A DNA stretch of 64,000 nucleotides from Octopus vulgaris. Its lineage: Eukaryota. Below the pieces are notes generated by a model that was not told the DNA's origin, did not search any database, and saw only the letters and a program-made list of their open reading frames with translations. Where the stretch lies: the NCBI GenBank assembly GCA_951406725.2, contig OX597831.1, positions 26,908,001 to 26,972,000 of the forward strand, read 5' to 3'. Shown piece by piece: positions 29,030 through 42,185 of the stretch. The position numbers and the translations under genes are program-made. Position 1 is the first letter of the stretch. Every line of letters starts with the position of its first letter.

Positions 29030-29346
29030 ATATATATATATATGTATATGTGTACATGTATGTATATATATATATATGTGTGTGTGTATGTGTGTATGTA
29101 TGTATTTGTATATGTGTGTGTGTATATGTATGTGTGCGCGTGTGTGTGTATGTATGTGTATGTATACTTGTATATGTATATGCATGAATGTGTATATATA
29201 TGTGTGTGTATATGTGTATTATGTATGTATTTATATAGATATGTAGTTTATATGTATATATGTATGTATATGCATCTGTCTGTGTGTGTGTATGTGTATA
29301 TATGTGTATCTTTTTGCGTATGTATACATGTATATGTGTATATGTA

Positions 29347-29384
<38 letters not shown>

Positions 29385-29624
29385 GGTATATATATATGTA
29401 TATATATATATAGATGCATACGTATGTGTATGTACATGTATATATGTATGTGTGTATATGTATATATGTTTATATATGTGAGTATGTAGTGATATAAGTA
29501 TATGCATGTGTATATATGTGTGTGTGTATATATATATATATATATGTATGGGTATGTGTATCAGTGTATATGTATATATGTATGTGTGTGTGTATGTATA
29601 TGTATGTATATGTGTATATATGTA

Positions 29625-29657
<33 letters not shown>

Positions 29658-29706
29658 GTGTAGGTGTGTGTATGTATGTGTATGTGTATGTATGTGTATG
29701 TATATA

Positions 29707-29749
<43 letters not shown>

Positions 29750-30266
29750 ATATATATATATATATATGAGTGCGTGTGTGTATGTATGCATATATGTATG
29801 TATGCATGTATATGTGTATGTATATATATGTGTGTAAGTGTGTGCATATATGTATATGTAAGTATGTGTGCGCGTATGAGTATGTATGTATGCTTGCACA
29901 CGTGTATATATGTGTGTGTGTGTGTATATATATGGATGCACGTGCGTGTGTGCACGTGTATGGGTACGCATGTATATGTGTATGTGCGTGTATGTGTATA
30001 CGTGTATGTATGTATGTGTGTGCGTAGATTTGTATATGTATGTGTGAGTGTGTATATATATGTATATATATATACATATATATAGATGGGTGTGTGTATG
30101 CGTATAAATGCATGTAAGTATGGATGTATGGATGTATGTATGTATGTATACGTATGTATGTGTGTATGTGTGTATGTATATATATATGTGTGTATATATG
30201 TTTGTGTATGTATATATATGTGTATGTATGTGTGTGTGTATATGTATGTGTGTATGTGTATGTATG

Positions 30267-30314
<48 letters not shown>

Positions 30315-31193
30315 TATTATCTGTATGTAGGAGTATATATGTGTGTGTGTGTATGTATATGTGTGTATATATATATATATGTATATTTATTGGTGTATAT
30401 GTATAGACTAGCCTCCTAAAGTGTAGACACGAATCTGTAGGTACGAGTACGTATGTGAATATACGTGAACGTATGTAGATGTTTGTATGTATGAATATAA
30501 CGCGTGCGTACGTGTATGTGTATGAGTGTACGAATGGGTGAATGTACGTGCTAATGAGTGTGCGTGCGGGAATGAGTACTTGCCTTCTAGTAGACAGACA
30601 AATGGACATGCAGCCATTGCCAGGATTCTTAGCTCTAGCGATCAAAGATAACAAAAGTAATAAATGAAGATAATAAAATTAAAATTAGGGAATGGGCCTG
30701 TATTGGATTGTATATATATATATGTATATATATATTTGTATGTATGTATGTGTGTATGTGTAGGTATGTATAGGTACACATGTGTATGTGTATGTGTATG
30801 TATATATGTGTGTATGTATGTATGTGCACACATGTATATATATGTATGCGTGTATATGTTTATACATATATATATGTACATAGGTGTATGTGGGTGTATG
30901 TATATATAGGTGTAAATATGTGTATATAGGGAACTAGGTGTGTTGTGTGTGCATGAGTGTATGTGCGTATGAATATATAATTTTATGTGTATATATGTAT
31001 GTGTGGTCGTGTGTATATATATATATATATATATATACATGTGTGTATGCGTGTATGCATGGGAGTGAGTGTATGCATATATACGTGTGTGTATGTGTAG
31101 ACAGGTATAGGCATGTGCATGTGTATAAATTTGTATATGTGGGCGGGTGTATGTATGTGTGTATGTAGATATGTATGTATGTGTGTATATATG

Positions 31194-31240
<47 letters not shown>

Positions 31241-31290
31241 ATATATATATATGTGTATGTATGTGTGTGTGTAGATACGTATACATGTGT
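29030..31290. repeat. ~2.2 kb compound TG/TA alternating purine-pyrimidine tract
   Basis: Direct reading. It is the source of the 369-aa, 394-aa and 214-aa H/I/T/Y ORFs. Confidence 0.95.
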
Positions 31291-31565
31291 GTATAGGTAT
31301 AAGTGAGAATCTCCTTATTTACCTATAACTCTATCCCCCTTTTTTTATATATATATATATATATATTTTATATATATATTTTTTATATATATTTTTTATT
31401 TTTTTATTTTTTTATTTATCTATTCTTTCATCTAACTTACCACTGACTCCTTGACCACTCCCCCAAGTATGATATTTTGCGCTATGCCTACCCCCAAAAA
31501 GTCCCCCACCACCACTCCTTTAAACCTGCCTAAATGTATAAATGCTAATACAATTCTTGTTAAAT

Positions 31566-31616
31566 AGCTTCCTGAAGATTTCTCTTGAATGAAACAGTAC
31601 TAGTCCTGTAGAAGCT
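31566..31616 (+). ncRNA. Canonical type-I hammerhead ribozyme motif (family J element ~31300-31700)
   Basis: agcttc-CTGAAGA-t-ttc-tctt-gaa-t-GAAA-cag-tactagtc-ctg-TA-gaagct. Stem I is a perfect 6 bp and stem III is near-palindromic. Confidence 0.85.
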
Positions 31617-31702
31617 CCTTCTATATAATAAATTAATTTTACTCTGCTATGTATTGAGTACCTTACTTACTGTGGTTAACCCCGAATCAACCCGGGACCT
31701 AC

Positions 31703-31733
<31 letters not shown>

Positions 31734-31829
31734 CATATAAATACATATATATAATATAATTTATATATATACATATATATATACACACACAGATACACAC
31801 ACATACATACATACACATATATATATGTG

Positions 31830-31880
<51 letters not shown>

Positions 31881-31941
31881 GTATGTATATATACATGTAT
31901 AGCAAAACGTACGCAGTTCTGACAACGGACAGAGTCAACGA

Positions 31942-31978
31942 CTATTGAAAGGGTTGCAAAGTGCAACGAAAATTTTAG
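31942..31978 (+). ncRNA. Possible minimal hammerhead variant (U3-A8 type)
   Basis: cta-TTGAAAG-g-gttgc-aaagt-gcaac-GAAA-attt-tag, with a 5-bp stem II and palindromic AAAATTTT. Confidence 0.4.
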
Positions 31979-32226
31979 AAAAAATAAATAAGTAAATGTG
32001 TGGAAATCGAACCGGTGAGTGTGTTAAGTAAAAGAAACTGACTCGCCTAGACACAATATATATATATATAAATATACATATATATGTCATTTTGAGAGCC
32101 TTCTCAATATGGCTAACCACTAGGGGTGGGTGTTACTGTAGCTTTTTAGCCCCAGGAGATCATCGTCTCCAACTGGCTTTAGACACAATTTCTATACATA
32201 CATATATATATGTAAATAAATGGATA

Positions 32227-32329
<103 letters not shown>

Positions 32330-32347
32330 AAATATATATTATATGGG

Positions 32348-32545
32348 GAGGCTGATTCGCTGGTGTAAAGATAACACACTTAGTCACGTTAACAAAGGGA
32401 TGTGGGTTCTACTCCTACGCGGATAGGAAAGCCTTTTTTTCCTGTCGAGTGGGGCTTATATGCCCCTTTATTAGACTATTTTCCTTAGTCATTGCACATT
32501 GATCGCCATAAGCTTCATGCTTGTATAATAATACTATTATTTACA
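32348..32545 (+). mobile_element. Possible tRNA-derived SINE of another family (single copy here)
   Basis: Has gctggtgtaaagataacac followed by B-box-like gggttctactcc, and lies between (TA)n tracts. Confidence 0.35.
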
Positions 32546-33001
32546 GGATATATATATATATATATATAGTTAACATTTATACGAAATGCCTTTAGATGTC
32601 ATGGTCATTTCCATTTCCGCCCCCACCACACGCATATACATACATATATATACGCACATAGTTATGTCTATATATATAAATAGCAATTTATCTAATTATA
32701 ACACAATGATATGTCCAACTCATTCATTCTCGCCCACTCGCTTTGTCCTTGAATGTGTGTGTTTGTGCATGCGTGCGTACACTCACAATTTGGACACCCA
32801 CTCTTGGTGTTTGTTGACAGTAAAGTGACATCTCTTGACTGATTGTCCTCCAACAATTTCCTACGCACCCCCCCCCACACACACACATATCTCTTTTCAT
32901 ATTTTTTACGTGTAGTTATGTAAATAAAATGAAACTATAATGTATTCTCTGTATGTGTATATATATATATATATGTAAATATATATGTTATCATATATAT
33001 A

Positions 33002-33072
<71 letters not shown>

Positions 33073-33074
<2 letters not shown>

Positions 33075-33325
33075 AGGTGCGTGGCTTAGTGGTTAGGGTG
33101 TCAGCATCATGATCGTAAGATTGTGGTTTCGATTCCTGGACCGGGTGACGCGTTGTGTTCTTCTGCAAAACATTTTATTTTCACGTTGCTCCAGTCCACC
33201 TAGCTGGCAAATATGAGTAACGCTGCGATGGACTGGCGTCCCGTCCAGCTGGGGAACACATACGCCATTAAAACCGGGAAACCGGGCCCATGAGCCTGAC
33301 TAGGTTTTAAAAGGGCGCATTAATT
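33073..33325 (+). mobile_element. SINE head D with V-domain-like tail
   Basis: Head gtggcttagtggttagggtg...ggtttcgattcc is joined to the same tail as the 8085 and 38606 copies. Confidence 0.85.
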
Positions 33326-33332
33326 TATCATA

Positions 33333-33380
<48 letters not shown>

Positions 33381-33809
33381 ATCATATTGAACCATTACTC
33401 TAACTATTTTTTCTCTTTCCGTTTTTCTTTTTTCCTCTTAATCCTTCCTGTCGAAGAACGAAGACGGTGGGCTCGAAACATGAGAGACTTTTCCATTCTT
33501 CTTGAGCGTTAAATTAATACACCTGCTTGTTGTTCCCCTCGCCTGTCTTCGTCTTTAATTTCTGTAAATTTGACCTGTATGTGTGTGTGTGTGTCTGTGT
33601 CTGTGTCTGTCGATCACTGCTTGACAACCGGTGCTGATGTGCTTGTGTCCCCCGTAACTTAGCGGTTCAGGAAAAGACACCGATTGAATAAGTGCCAGGT
33701 TTAAAAAGAAAAAAACATTTAGGTCGATTCATTCGACTAAAAATTCAAGGCGGTGCCCCAGCATGACCATAGTCTAATGACTGAAACAAGTAAAATATAT
33801 AAGGTAATG

Positions 33810-33871
<62 letters not shown>

Positions 33872-33878
33872 GATATAT

Positions 33879-33934
<56 letters not shown>

Positions 33935-33945
<11 letters not shown>

Positions 33946-34215
33946 TGAGAATGTGTGTCTGTCTGTCTGTCTGTGTGTTTCCCTAAAACTTGAGAACTGC
34001 ACAACCAATTTCATTCAAATTTTACATATGCCTTACTTAAGGTCCGGGGAGTGTCATCGGCAAAAACATTTTTTACTTTTTACCTAGGGCGACCCCACAG
34101 CAATATCATATCTTCTCCACTATTTCAGTATTACGTGTTAAAAGTGAAACAAAAACATCTCTCTATTGTAATGCAGACATTCACTTTAATACTGAAACTA
34201 TTAAAGTGAAAGTAT
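33935..34215 (+). mobile_element. Non-autonomous Helitron 5' region
   Basis: tatataaaactgagaatgtgtgtctgtctgtctg...acaaccaatttcattcaaattt has the same architecture as the 18535 element. Confidence 0.6.
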
Positions 34216-34218
34216 TAT

Positions 34219-34627
34219 AGGCGCAGGAGTGGCTGTGTGGTAAGTAGCTTGCTAACCAGCCACATGGTTCCGGGTTCAGTCCCACTGCGTGGCATCTTGG
34301 GCAAGTGTCTTCTGCTATAGCCCCGGGCCGACCAATGCCTTGTGAGTGGATTTGGTAGACGGAAACTGAAAGAAGCCTGTCGTATATATGTATATATATG
34401 TATGTGTGTTTGTTTGTGTGTCTGCGTTTGTCCCCCTAGCATTGCTTGACAACCGATGCTGGTGTGTTTACGTCCTCGTTACTTAGCGGTTCGGCAAAAG
34501 AGACCGATAGAATAAGTACTGGGCTTACAAAAAGAATAAGTCCCGGAGTCGAGTTGCTCGATTAAAGGCGGTGCTCCAGCATGGCCGCAGTCAGATGACT
34601 GAAACAAGTAAAAGAGAGTAAAGAGTA
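34219..34627 (+). mobile_element. SINE family A, near-consensus full-length copy
   Basis: A-box gtggctgtgtggtaag, B-box gggttcagtccc, core, internal microsatellite and the tail ending gtaaaaga. Confidence 0.93.
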
Positions 34628-35256
34628 TATAACAGGGATGAACCATTAACAGTGGTCATCCATTTGGCTAGAAGAAGATCCGGTATGGTCTTATATGCTA
34701 TACCACTGGTTTTCAATTCATATTAATCAAATTAGTATTCAATTTTTCACCCTTATTATGTGTGTGTGTGTGTGTGTATTAGTAATTCGTATAAAATTGT
34801 GTCAATGACTTGGACTTGAATAAGTGGTTTCACATAAATGGGAATAAATTAAAAAGGTCTGTTGTTATGATTATTACTGTTTGACTATTGTAATCACGTT
34901 TGTTGGTTCCTCGTCAGGGAAACGTTGTTGTGTTGCATTTGTTAAATAATTTTAAACCGTAACCCTCCCCCTTTCGGAGAAGAGGCTTTGGTTATTGTTT
35001 AAAAATTGTGTCCCTGTTTGGGGAAATTGACAATATTTTCACCGTCTTTACGGAAGCATTTTTGTTAAAATGCCTTCGATAGAAGAAAGTCGAAAAATGA
35101 ATTTCGCTGCAGCCGTACACTTCTATACAAGAGAGAGGACAAGATCCAATTGATCGAAATTGCAAGAGACGGGCATACAATTCCAGTCTGTTATATGTTT
35201 TGAGTATTGTTATCACTGGCGATATCAAGATATAACTTGGACTCCACCTGTACTTG

Positions 35257-35432
35257 CTAGCAATGATTCATTCCTGAGAGTATGAGACCTTCGGGCCATT
35301 TGACGTTGGGGAAGTTGAAATCACCCATAAGAAATATGGTCACGTGGTGTTCCAGATTCATGAGGATTTCTTTAATTCCTGTGAGGCAATCTTCAAACAT
35401 GCCTATGTGATTTGGAGCATCCGGTGGGCAAT
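35257..35432 (-). pseudogene. LINE (CR1/L2-type) APE endonuclease fragment
   Basis: YCPP...[14 protein letters not shown] matches the YRPP / GDFNxPxIxW motifs. Confidence 0.8.
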
Positions 35433-35448
35433 ATTTATATATATACAC

Positions 35449-35507
<59 letters not shown>

Positions 35508-35654
35508 TGAATATATATACACATACATATACATATACATATACACATACATATACATATATACATATATACATACATATACATATATACATACATACAT
35601 ATATACATACATACATATATACATACATATACATATATATACATATATATACAT

Positions 35655-35802
35655 GTGTACCATCGCCTCAATACTCAAGATATTAGCTGTCCTCAGGATC
35701 TGTGTGTCTGGAATTTTTAGGTCCAGCCAACATTGAGAATGTGTCTGAGACATCTCTGATGAAAACGTTCAAGGACCCTTACCTGACGTTTGTACAGAGT
35801 CC
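35655..35802 (-). pseudogene. RTE-clade LINE ORF fragment (post-RT region), inverted relative to the adjacent 3' end
   Basis: [27 protein letters not shown]...[19 protein letters not shown], with a frameshift between the two parts. Confidence 0.88.
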
Positions 35803-36135
35803 AAAGGCCTTTGATATGCAGGACTGGGAGAACAATGCCTGTCATCGCCACAGATGGAGGAAGCAGGTTAAGGAGGGGATCGACACTTTTGAGAGAGCAC
35901 GTATCCAGCATGAAGAACTTAGGCGAGCTGTGCGAAAGCGCACGGCTCGTATAGTGAATGGGGAAAGCTTGGTCTGCAATGTTTGCAGTCGTGTGTGCTT
36001 GTCAAGAATAGGGCTCATTAGCCACCAACGGAGCCGCAAATGCAAAATATAAGTTAGTCCTAGAGCGCACAATGTTCCTGAAGGTCGGCAATGGTCTTCC
36101 TCGGTCATGAGTGGACGGCCATCATACATACATAT
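35803..36135 (+). mobile_element. RTE-clade LINE 3' end: C-terminus with CxxC/His finger-like motif, short 3' UTR and (CATA)n tail
   Basis: DWENNACHRHRWRKQV...CNVCSRVCLSRIGLISHQRS, with a stop at 36050-36052. Confidence 0.88.
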
Positions 36136-36463
36136 ACATAAATACATAAATATATATATATAGGGAGAGTTTACGAAAAACCAAAAGACAAAGACAGGTC
36201 GTGTACAAAACAAACAGATGTATTAGTATAACGCTCAGGAATAGAAAAATCTTTTACGTTTCTTTTAGATGTATATATAGATGTACATGTAATATGTACA
36301 CATATATACATGCAACATATATACACACATACCGATACACCCACCCACCCACACACACAAACACACACACACACAGGTGCAGGTGTGTATATGTGGTAAC
36401 AAACTTGGTTCCAAAACACTGTGTGGTAACTTGGCATGTGCCTTCTGCTATATCATCATACAG

Positions 36464-36820
36464 CCAGAGCTCGCTCTGGGCGACATTGGGGCGACTGTAC
36501 ACAGCTACCAGCCCACAGTCGACGCTATGGCGACCAGAGCTCGCTCTGGGCGACATTGGGGCGACTGTACACAGCTACCAGCCCACAGTCAACGCTATGG
36601 CGACCAGAGCTCGCTCTGGGCGACATTGGGGCGACTATATACAGCTACCAGCCCACAGTCAACGCTATGGCGACCAGAGCTCGCTCTGGGCGACATTGGG
36701 GCGACTGTACACAGCTACCACCCCACGGTCGACGCTATGGCGACCAGAGCTCGCTCTGGTCGACTGTACACAGCTACCAGCACACAATCGACGCTACCAG
36801 CAGACAATCGACGCTATACC
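36464..36820. repeat. GC-rich 70-bp tandem repeat, 4 full units plus a partial unit
   Basis: ccagagctcgctctgg starts at 36464, 36534, 36604, 36674 and 36744. Confidence 0.95.
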
Positions 36821-37545
36821 CGAGCATAAAAGTTGGGCATTATTTCTAATTCAATAGTACAACAGTGTAACAGTTTGCTTTGACATACACTTACATTGTG
36901 ATTTCTGCAATGTGGTGCATAAATTGTTAAGTAAATGAGAGGCATCTTTGTCTCCACTGATTCAGTTGCAAAGTGTTTAGTAAAGTTATTTGATTGCAGA
37001 CCTCCTTTCAGACTTTTTATTATCACTCGGTCACACATAGTCCCCATATGGTAACATTGATTACAAGGCCTTCCCAGATGAGTGACTGGTTATTTTCAAA
37101 GACATTTATAGATTTTAAATTCATTCTGTCCAGTTACGTATCAGTATAGTGGTCATTTGCAAACTCCAGAGGTGACACTTTAATTTCTCCTAAGCCCTCA
37201 CGTCACACAGTTGTTAATGTTGATTTCAGTTGGGTCAAGCCCTTCCAATTGCTATAGATTCGTAATGCATCTTACGGCTGTGCCTGTCACCTGGATGGTG
37301 AGGAATCCTACATTGGAAGTGGTAACAACTAGGGTAGGGTAACTGACTGCTTATTGTGATCATTCGTCTTTTGGTTTCCATGTGGCACGATTACAATTCT
37401 TTTAGGATGTGTAAAGAGGGAAAATAACCCTCATCTGCAATCTTGATGAAATTCGAAACATAGATATTCCAGTTCATTCAGAAAATATAACAGAAAAGTC
37501 TAATTCTTCAATTGAATGTAACCGGCCAACGCCGAGTATCTCTTA

Positions 37546-37627
<82 letters not shown>

Positions 37628-38605
37628 GTATGTATATGTATATTAGAAGTCGGGGTACAAAATGTGTGTGTTTACATATAATATGAGATACATGGTTTGG
37701 AGAATTTTATTCTTCTTTCAAGCAAACAAGTACATTGTTTACCCTGACTTTGACTTTTAATATATATATTTTGCATATCTGGAATGCTTGCTAAATTTTA
37801 TCTTTGCTTTTTTAAAGATAACGATAACTTATTTGAATTTTGAATTTATACATATGTATAAACATACATATATTGTCATACTATATTATATTATAATATA
37901 TTATATTATAAAGCGGCAAGCTAGCAGAAACGTTAGCACGCCGGGCAAAATGCTTAGCGGTATTTCGTCTGCCGTTACGTTCTGAGTTCAAATTCCGCAG
38001 ATGTCGACTTTGCCTTTCATCCTTTCAGGGTCGATTAAATAAGTACCAATTACGCACTGGGGTCGATATAATCGACTTAATCCGTTTATCTGTCCTCTCT
38101 GTGTTTAGCCCCTTGTGGGTAGTAAAGAAATAGGCATTTCGTCTGTCTTTACTTTCTGAGTTCAAATTCGGCCCAGGTTCAACTTTTCCGTCATTCTTTC
38201 GGGGTCGATAAATTAAGTACCAGTCGCGTACTGGAGTTGATCTAGTCGACTGGCTCCCTAACCAAAATTTTCGGGACTTTTTCTTAGAGCAGAAGAGATT
38301 ATATCATATTTATATTAGCGAATTCTGTAGAAGTGTTATGAAACTGAAAGCGTGAAATTCATTAATGCAATATGTTTTAAAATGGACAACGTTTTACACA
38401 CAAACAACATTTCGGCGATAAACGCACAAGTCAGAATGCATACAATAAACTACATGTATTCTGATATGGGCGTTTCGCTGAAATATCCTTTGACGATGAA
38501 TAAGTAATTATTTATCAACAAATTATTCGCTGAAAGAAAAAGGACCAGGTGTTTCTCACGTATTTTTAAAAGATTTTCACTTAGAAATGATTGTCCTACA
38601 AGAAT

Positions 38606-38917
38606 ATTTTTTATGCGCCCTTTTCAAGCCTAGCCAGGCTCATGGGCCCGGTTTCCCGGTTTTTATGGTGTATGTGTTTTTTCCCCAGCTGGACGGGACG
38701 CCAGTCCATCGCAGCGTTACTCAAGAAACATGAAGAAAGAGTGAGAGAAAGTTGGGGCGAAAGAGTACAACAGAGGTCAACACCATCCCCTGCTTGAACC
38801 TCGTGGAGCTTTAGATGTTTTCGCTCAACAAACACGCACAACGCCCGGTCTGGGAATCGAAACCACGATCCACCGACCGCGAGTCCGCTGCCCTAACCAC
38901 TGCGTCATTGCGCCTCC
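38606..38917 (-). mobile_element. SINE head C with V-domain-like tail
   Basis: Colinear with the 8085-8404 copy. Confidence 0.9.
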
Positions 38918-39302
38918 ACACAATAATATTTAATATCTTTAAAATATTTAAATTCAGACTAGACGGATTAGATTGCAAAGCGACTTCGTCTGTTGGGTTG
39001 AAGGATCGAATGGCAACAATCGCAATGGACACATTTACTGATTGCCTGTTTAAGGAAGTACTAAACCTGTAAGGTGAACTTTACTGTTGGAGCAAGGTTT
39101 CGTGCGAGTGAGTAAAGACACAAGTATTTGCTTGAACTCTGACTAGGGCGTTTTCGCCAAAATACGAGTGAATTTTACCACGATAATTGGTTTACAATAC
39201 ATTGTCCTTTTAAATCATAATGCACCAGATGTTATCAATTATCAAAACACACAGACACACACACGTATATATACGTATATAGATAAAGAGATACATTAAT
39301 AC

Positions 39303-39349
<47 letters not shown>

Positions 39350-39375
39350 CATACATACATACATACATACATACA

Positions 39376-39412
<37 letters not shown>

Positions 39413-39507
39413 GTTGAATAAAGTTACAACATGGTCTGGTTTTCATATAGATATATATATTTATAGTCGTTTATACTTAGCAGAAGTAACGGAGTGACTG
39501 AAGGAAA

Positions 39508-39826
39508 TTTTCGAAGCCTCGTATTGTCGTTAATTGCTCGAAATGAGTAGATAGACAGCCGACAACTGATGAAGGGTCGTTCTTTATGTTACTTGTCTTG
39601 TTTTGTATCTGTTTCTGTCGTTGTTCGCATACCCAAATTTGTCTTTGTATTTCATGCTGACGGGGTACGGGACTTCACAAACAGTAAACAACATGATATA
39701 CGAAAACAAATGAGTTGAATACGCAAACAACGAGTGAGACAAATGGAAAACAGGACAAGTAACATAAAGAGCGACCCTTCATCAGTTGTTGGCTACCTAA
39801 CTACTCCTCATTTCGAGCATTGAACA
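39508..39826. mobile_element. Inverted (tail-to-tail) pair of family E elements
   Basis: The plus copy at 39508-39657 (gctcgaaa...ctgatgaagggtcg) is mirrored by the minus copy at 39662-39826 (cgacccttcatcag...tttcgagc). Confidence 0.85.
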
Positions 39827-40312
39827 TATACACATACACATTATAGGCGCAAGAGTGGCTATAGACGTAAAAGTTGCTTATAGGCGCAGGAATAGTTGTG
39901 CGGTAAGTATGTGGTAAGTAGCTTACTTACCAACCACATGGTTCCGTGTTCAGTCCCACTGCGTGGTACCTTGTGCTAGTGTCTTCAACTGTAGCCTCGG
40001 GCTGACCAAAGCCTTGTGAGTGGATTTGGTAGACGAAAACTGAAAGAAACCCGTCGTGTGTATGTATGTTTGTGTGTCTGTCTTTGTCCCCTCATCATCG
40101 CTTGACAACCGATCTTGGTGTGTTTACGCCCCTGTAATTTAGCGGTTTTGTAAAAGAGACCGATAGAATAAGTACTAGGCTTACAAAGAATAAGTCCTGA
40201 GGTTGATTTCTTCGACTGAAGGTGGTGCTCCAGCATCGCCGCAGTCATGTGACTAAAACTCATAAAAATATATATAAATGTATGCATATATATGTATACG
40301 TATATATATGTT

Positions 40313-40357
<45 letters not shown>

Positions 40358-40395
40358 CTACTGTCACGTTCGTGTTAGATTGACAGTATACAACC

Positions 40396-40483
<88 letters not shown>

Positions 40484-41685
40484 TGTGTGAGTGCGTATTC
40501 GACTGTATGTATGTGTATGCGCCCGTATATATGAACCTGTGTGTCCGTATGTATAAGTATGTGTGTACATGCGTGTGTGTGTGTGTGAGAGAGAGTGTGT
40601 GTGTATTTGTGTGTGTGTGTGGTATGATATCCAAGACAGGCCGGATGATGCAGTCATGACTCACCACCACTACCACAATCGCCACCGCCATCACCATCAC
40701 CACTACAACTACTTGCAGCACTATCGGTGGCATCACCACTATTACCAGCCCCACTGTGACTGTCGCAACAGCTACCTGAGATGGTTTGTGGATGGACGGT
40801 TATGGCAACCGGAAGTTCCGACGCAACCCCCTCTGTCTTTTTGTAGACAGTCGTCAGAAATGTCTGTGAATGAATGTGCGTGTGTCTGTGCGTATGCAAG
40901 GCTTTTTATGTGGATATGTGTGTTTTGGTCAATGTGTATATGTATATATCTGTGCTTATCCATATGTATACAGTTATTTCCGTGTTTATATATTTACATA
41001 TATTTGTGTGTGGCATGATTAATGTGATATCAAAGGATCTCAGGTCCTTCCTGAGCAATAAGCTCATAAGGCCGATTTCCCAGATTCTCTGGGGGTACAT
41101 ACTCCCCTCCTGGCTGTCGCAGAATTATTCACTCTTAACTGCTTAGTGGACTGGAGTAATGTGGAATTGGGCGCTTTGCTCAAGAACACAAGCAGCCGGT
41201 TCAATAATCGCCACCGTCAATCTTACAAACATGAGAGCAACACCCTAACCACTAAGCTACGCTCCTCCTCATGTGATAACGGTGCATATACGTTCTTTTT
41301 GTGTGCGTTCGTGTACTGGAAATATTTCCTTCGTCCACTTTGAATTTAACCAATTTTGGATCGCCTTCATGTATTTTCAGATATATTGATTTGAATATTG
41401 GAATAATATTCGATAGTCGGATTTGTACGGTGAATTCAACATTTAAAGATGTGATTTTCTCTATCCATATTTTTGTTGTGTGTATATATATAGGCGCATG
41501 TACGGGGGGTGGTGCGGGTGTGCATGTGTAGGCATGGACATGCGTGCTTACGCGAATACTATGAACATTTTTACTCCCTCCTCTCACTTAACGGTCATTC
41601 TGATAGCTCTTTTGTCTTAATAACGGTCAATCACACAGTAAATTCCCTTTGTTTAACGGTCATTTTTATAGCATTTTTTCCGATG

Positions 41686-41755
41686 GCCGGATAACTGAAG
41701 AAATGGCGGCGTGGATTTCCACCCCAACATCCGAAACTCGGAGTTTTATCATGGC
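41686..41755 (+). ncRNA. Type-I hammerhead motif (family I element ~41560-41860)
   Basis: gataa-CTGAAGA-aatg...(gtgga/tccac hairpin)...catcc-GAAA-ctcggag-TT-ttatc. Confidence 0.78.
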
Positions 41756-41867
41756 TACCGAATAATTGTCACATAGTACAATTACAGATAAATCCCTCTA
41801 TTTACATAATATCGAGGTCTCTTTCATTCTTTTGTTGTCTTACCATTTCTATCAATATATATACACA

Positions 41868-42185
41868 CATAATTTCTATATAAATAAGGTTAGGATCGTT
41901 ATTCCAATAACGATCAAATCAAATGGGAGCATGGAGAGAAAAAGCCTAATCGGTTATAATTATTATTAAAATTATAAATAAGGGTATCTAAAAGATACCA
42001 CCGAGATCGAAATAATAGTCAAAATCTGTCTCTGCTATTTCAAGCATGGTGATAATTTTTAGATACTTTTATTTATAATTTTAATAATAATTATAACCTA
42101 TAAGGTTTTTTCTTCCCATGCTGCCACTTGATTTCATGGTTATTGTAATAACGATCTTATCTTAATTTCTATAGAAATTTATATA
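41868..42185. repeat. Imperfect ~150-bp inverted repeat related to the family G 3' end
   Basis: ggttataattattattaaaattataaataa is mirrored by ttatttataattttaataataattataacc, with the centre near 42025. Confidence 0.85.

Noticed and set aside
29004-31286. Long H/I/T/Y and C/V/M/Y ORFs here and across the window
   Set aside because: These are translations of TA/TG/CATA microsatellites.
36464-36820. CRISPR-like array, or coding ORFs of 137-218 aa
   Set aside because: Whole units repeat with no unique spacers, there are no cas genes, and the context is eukaryotic. The ORFs arise from a stop-free GC-rich unit.
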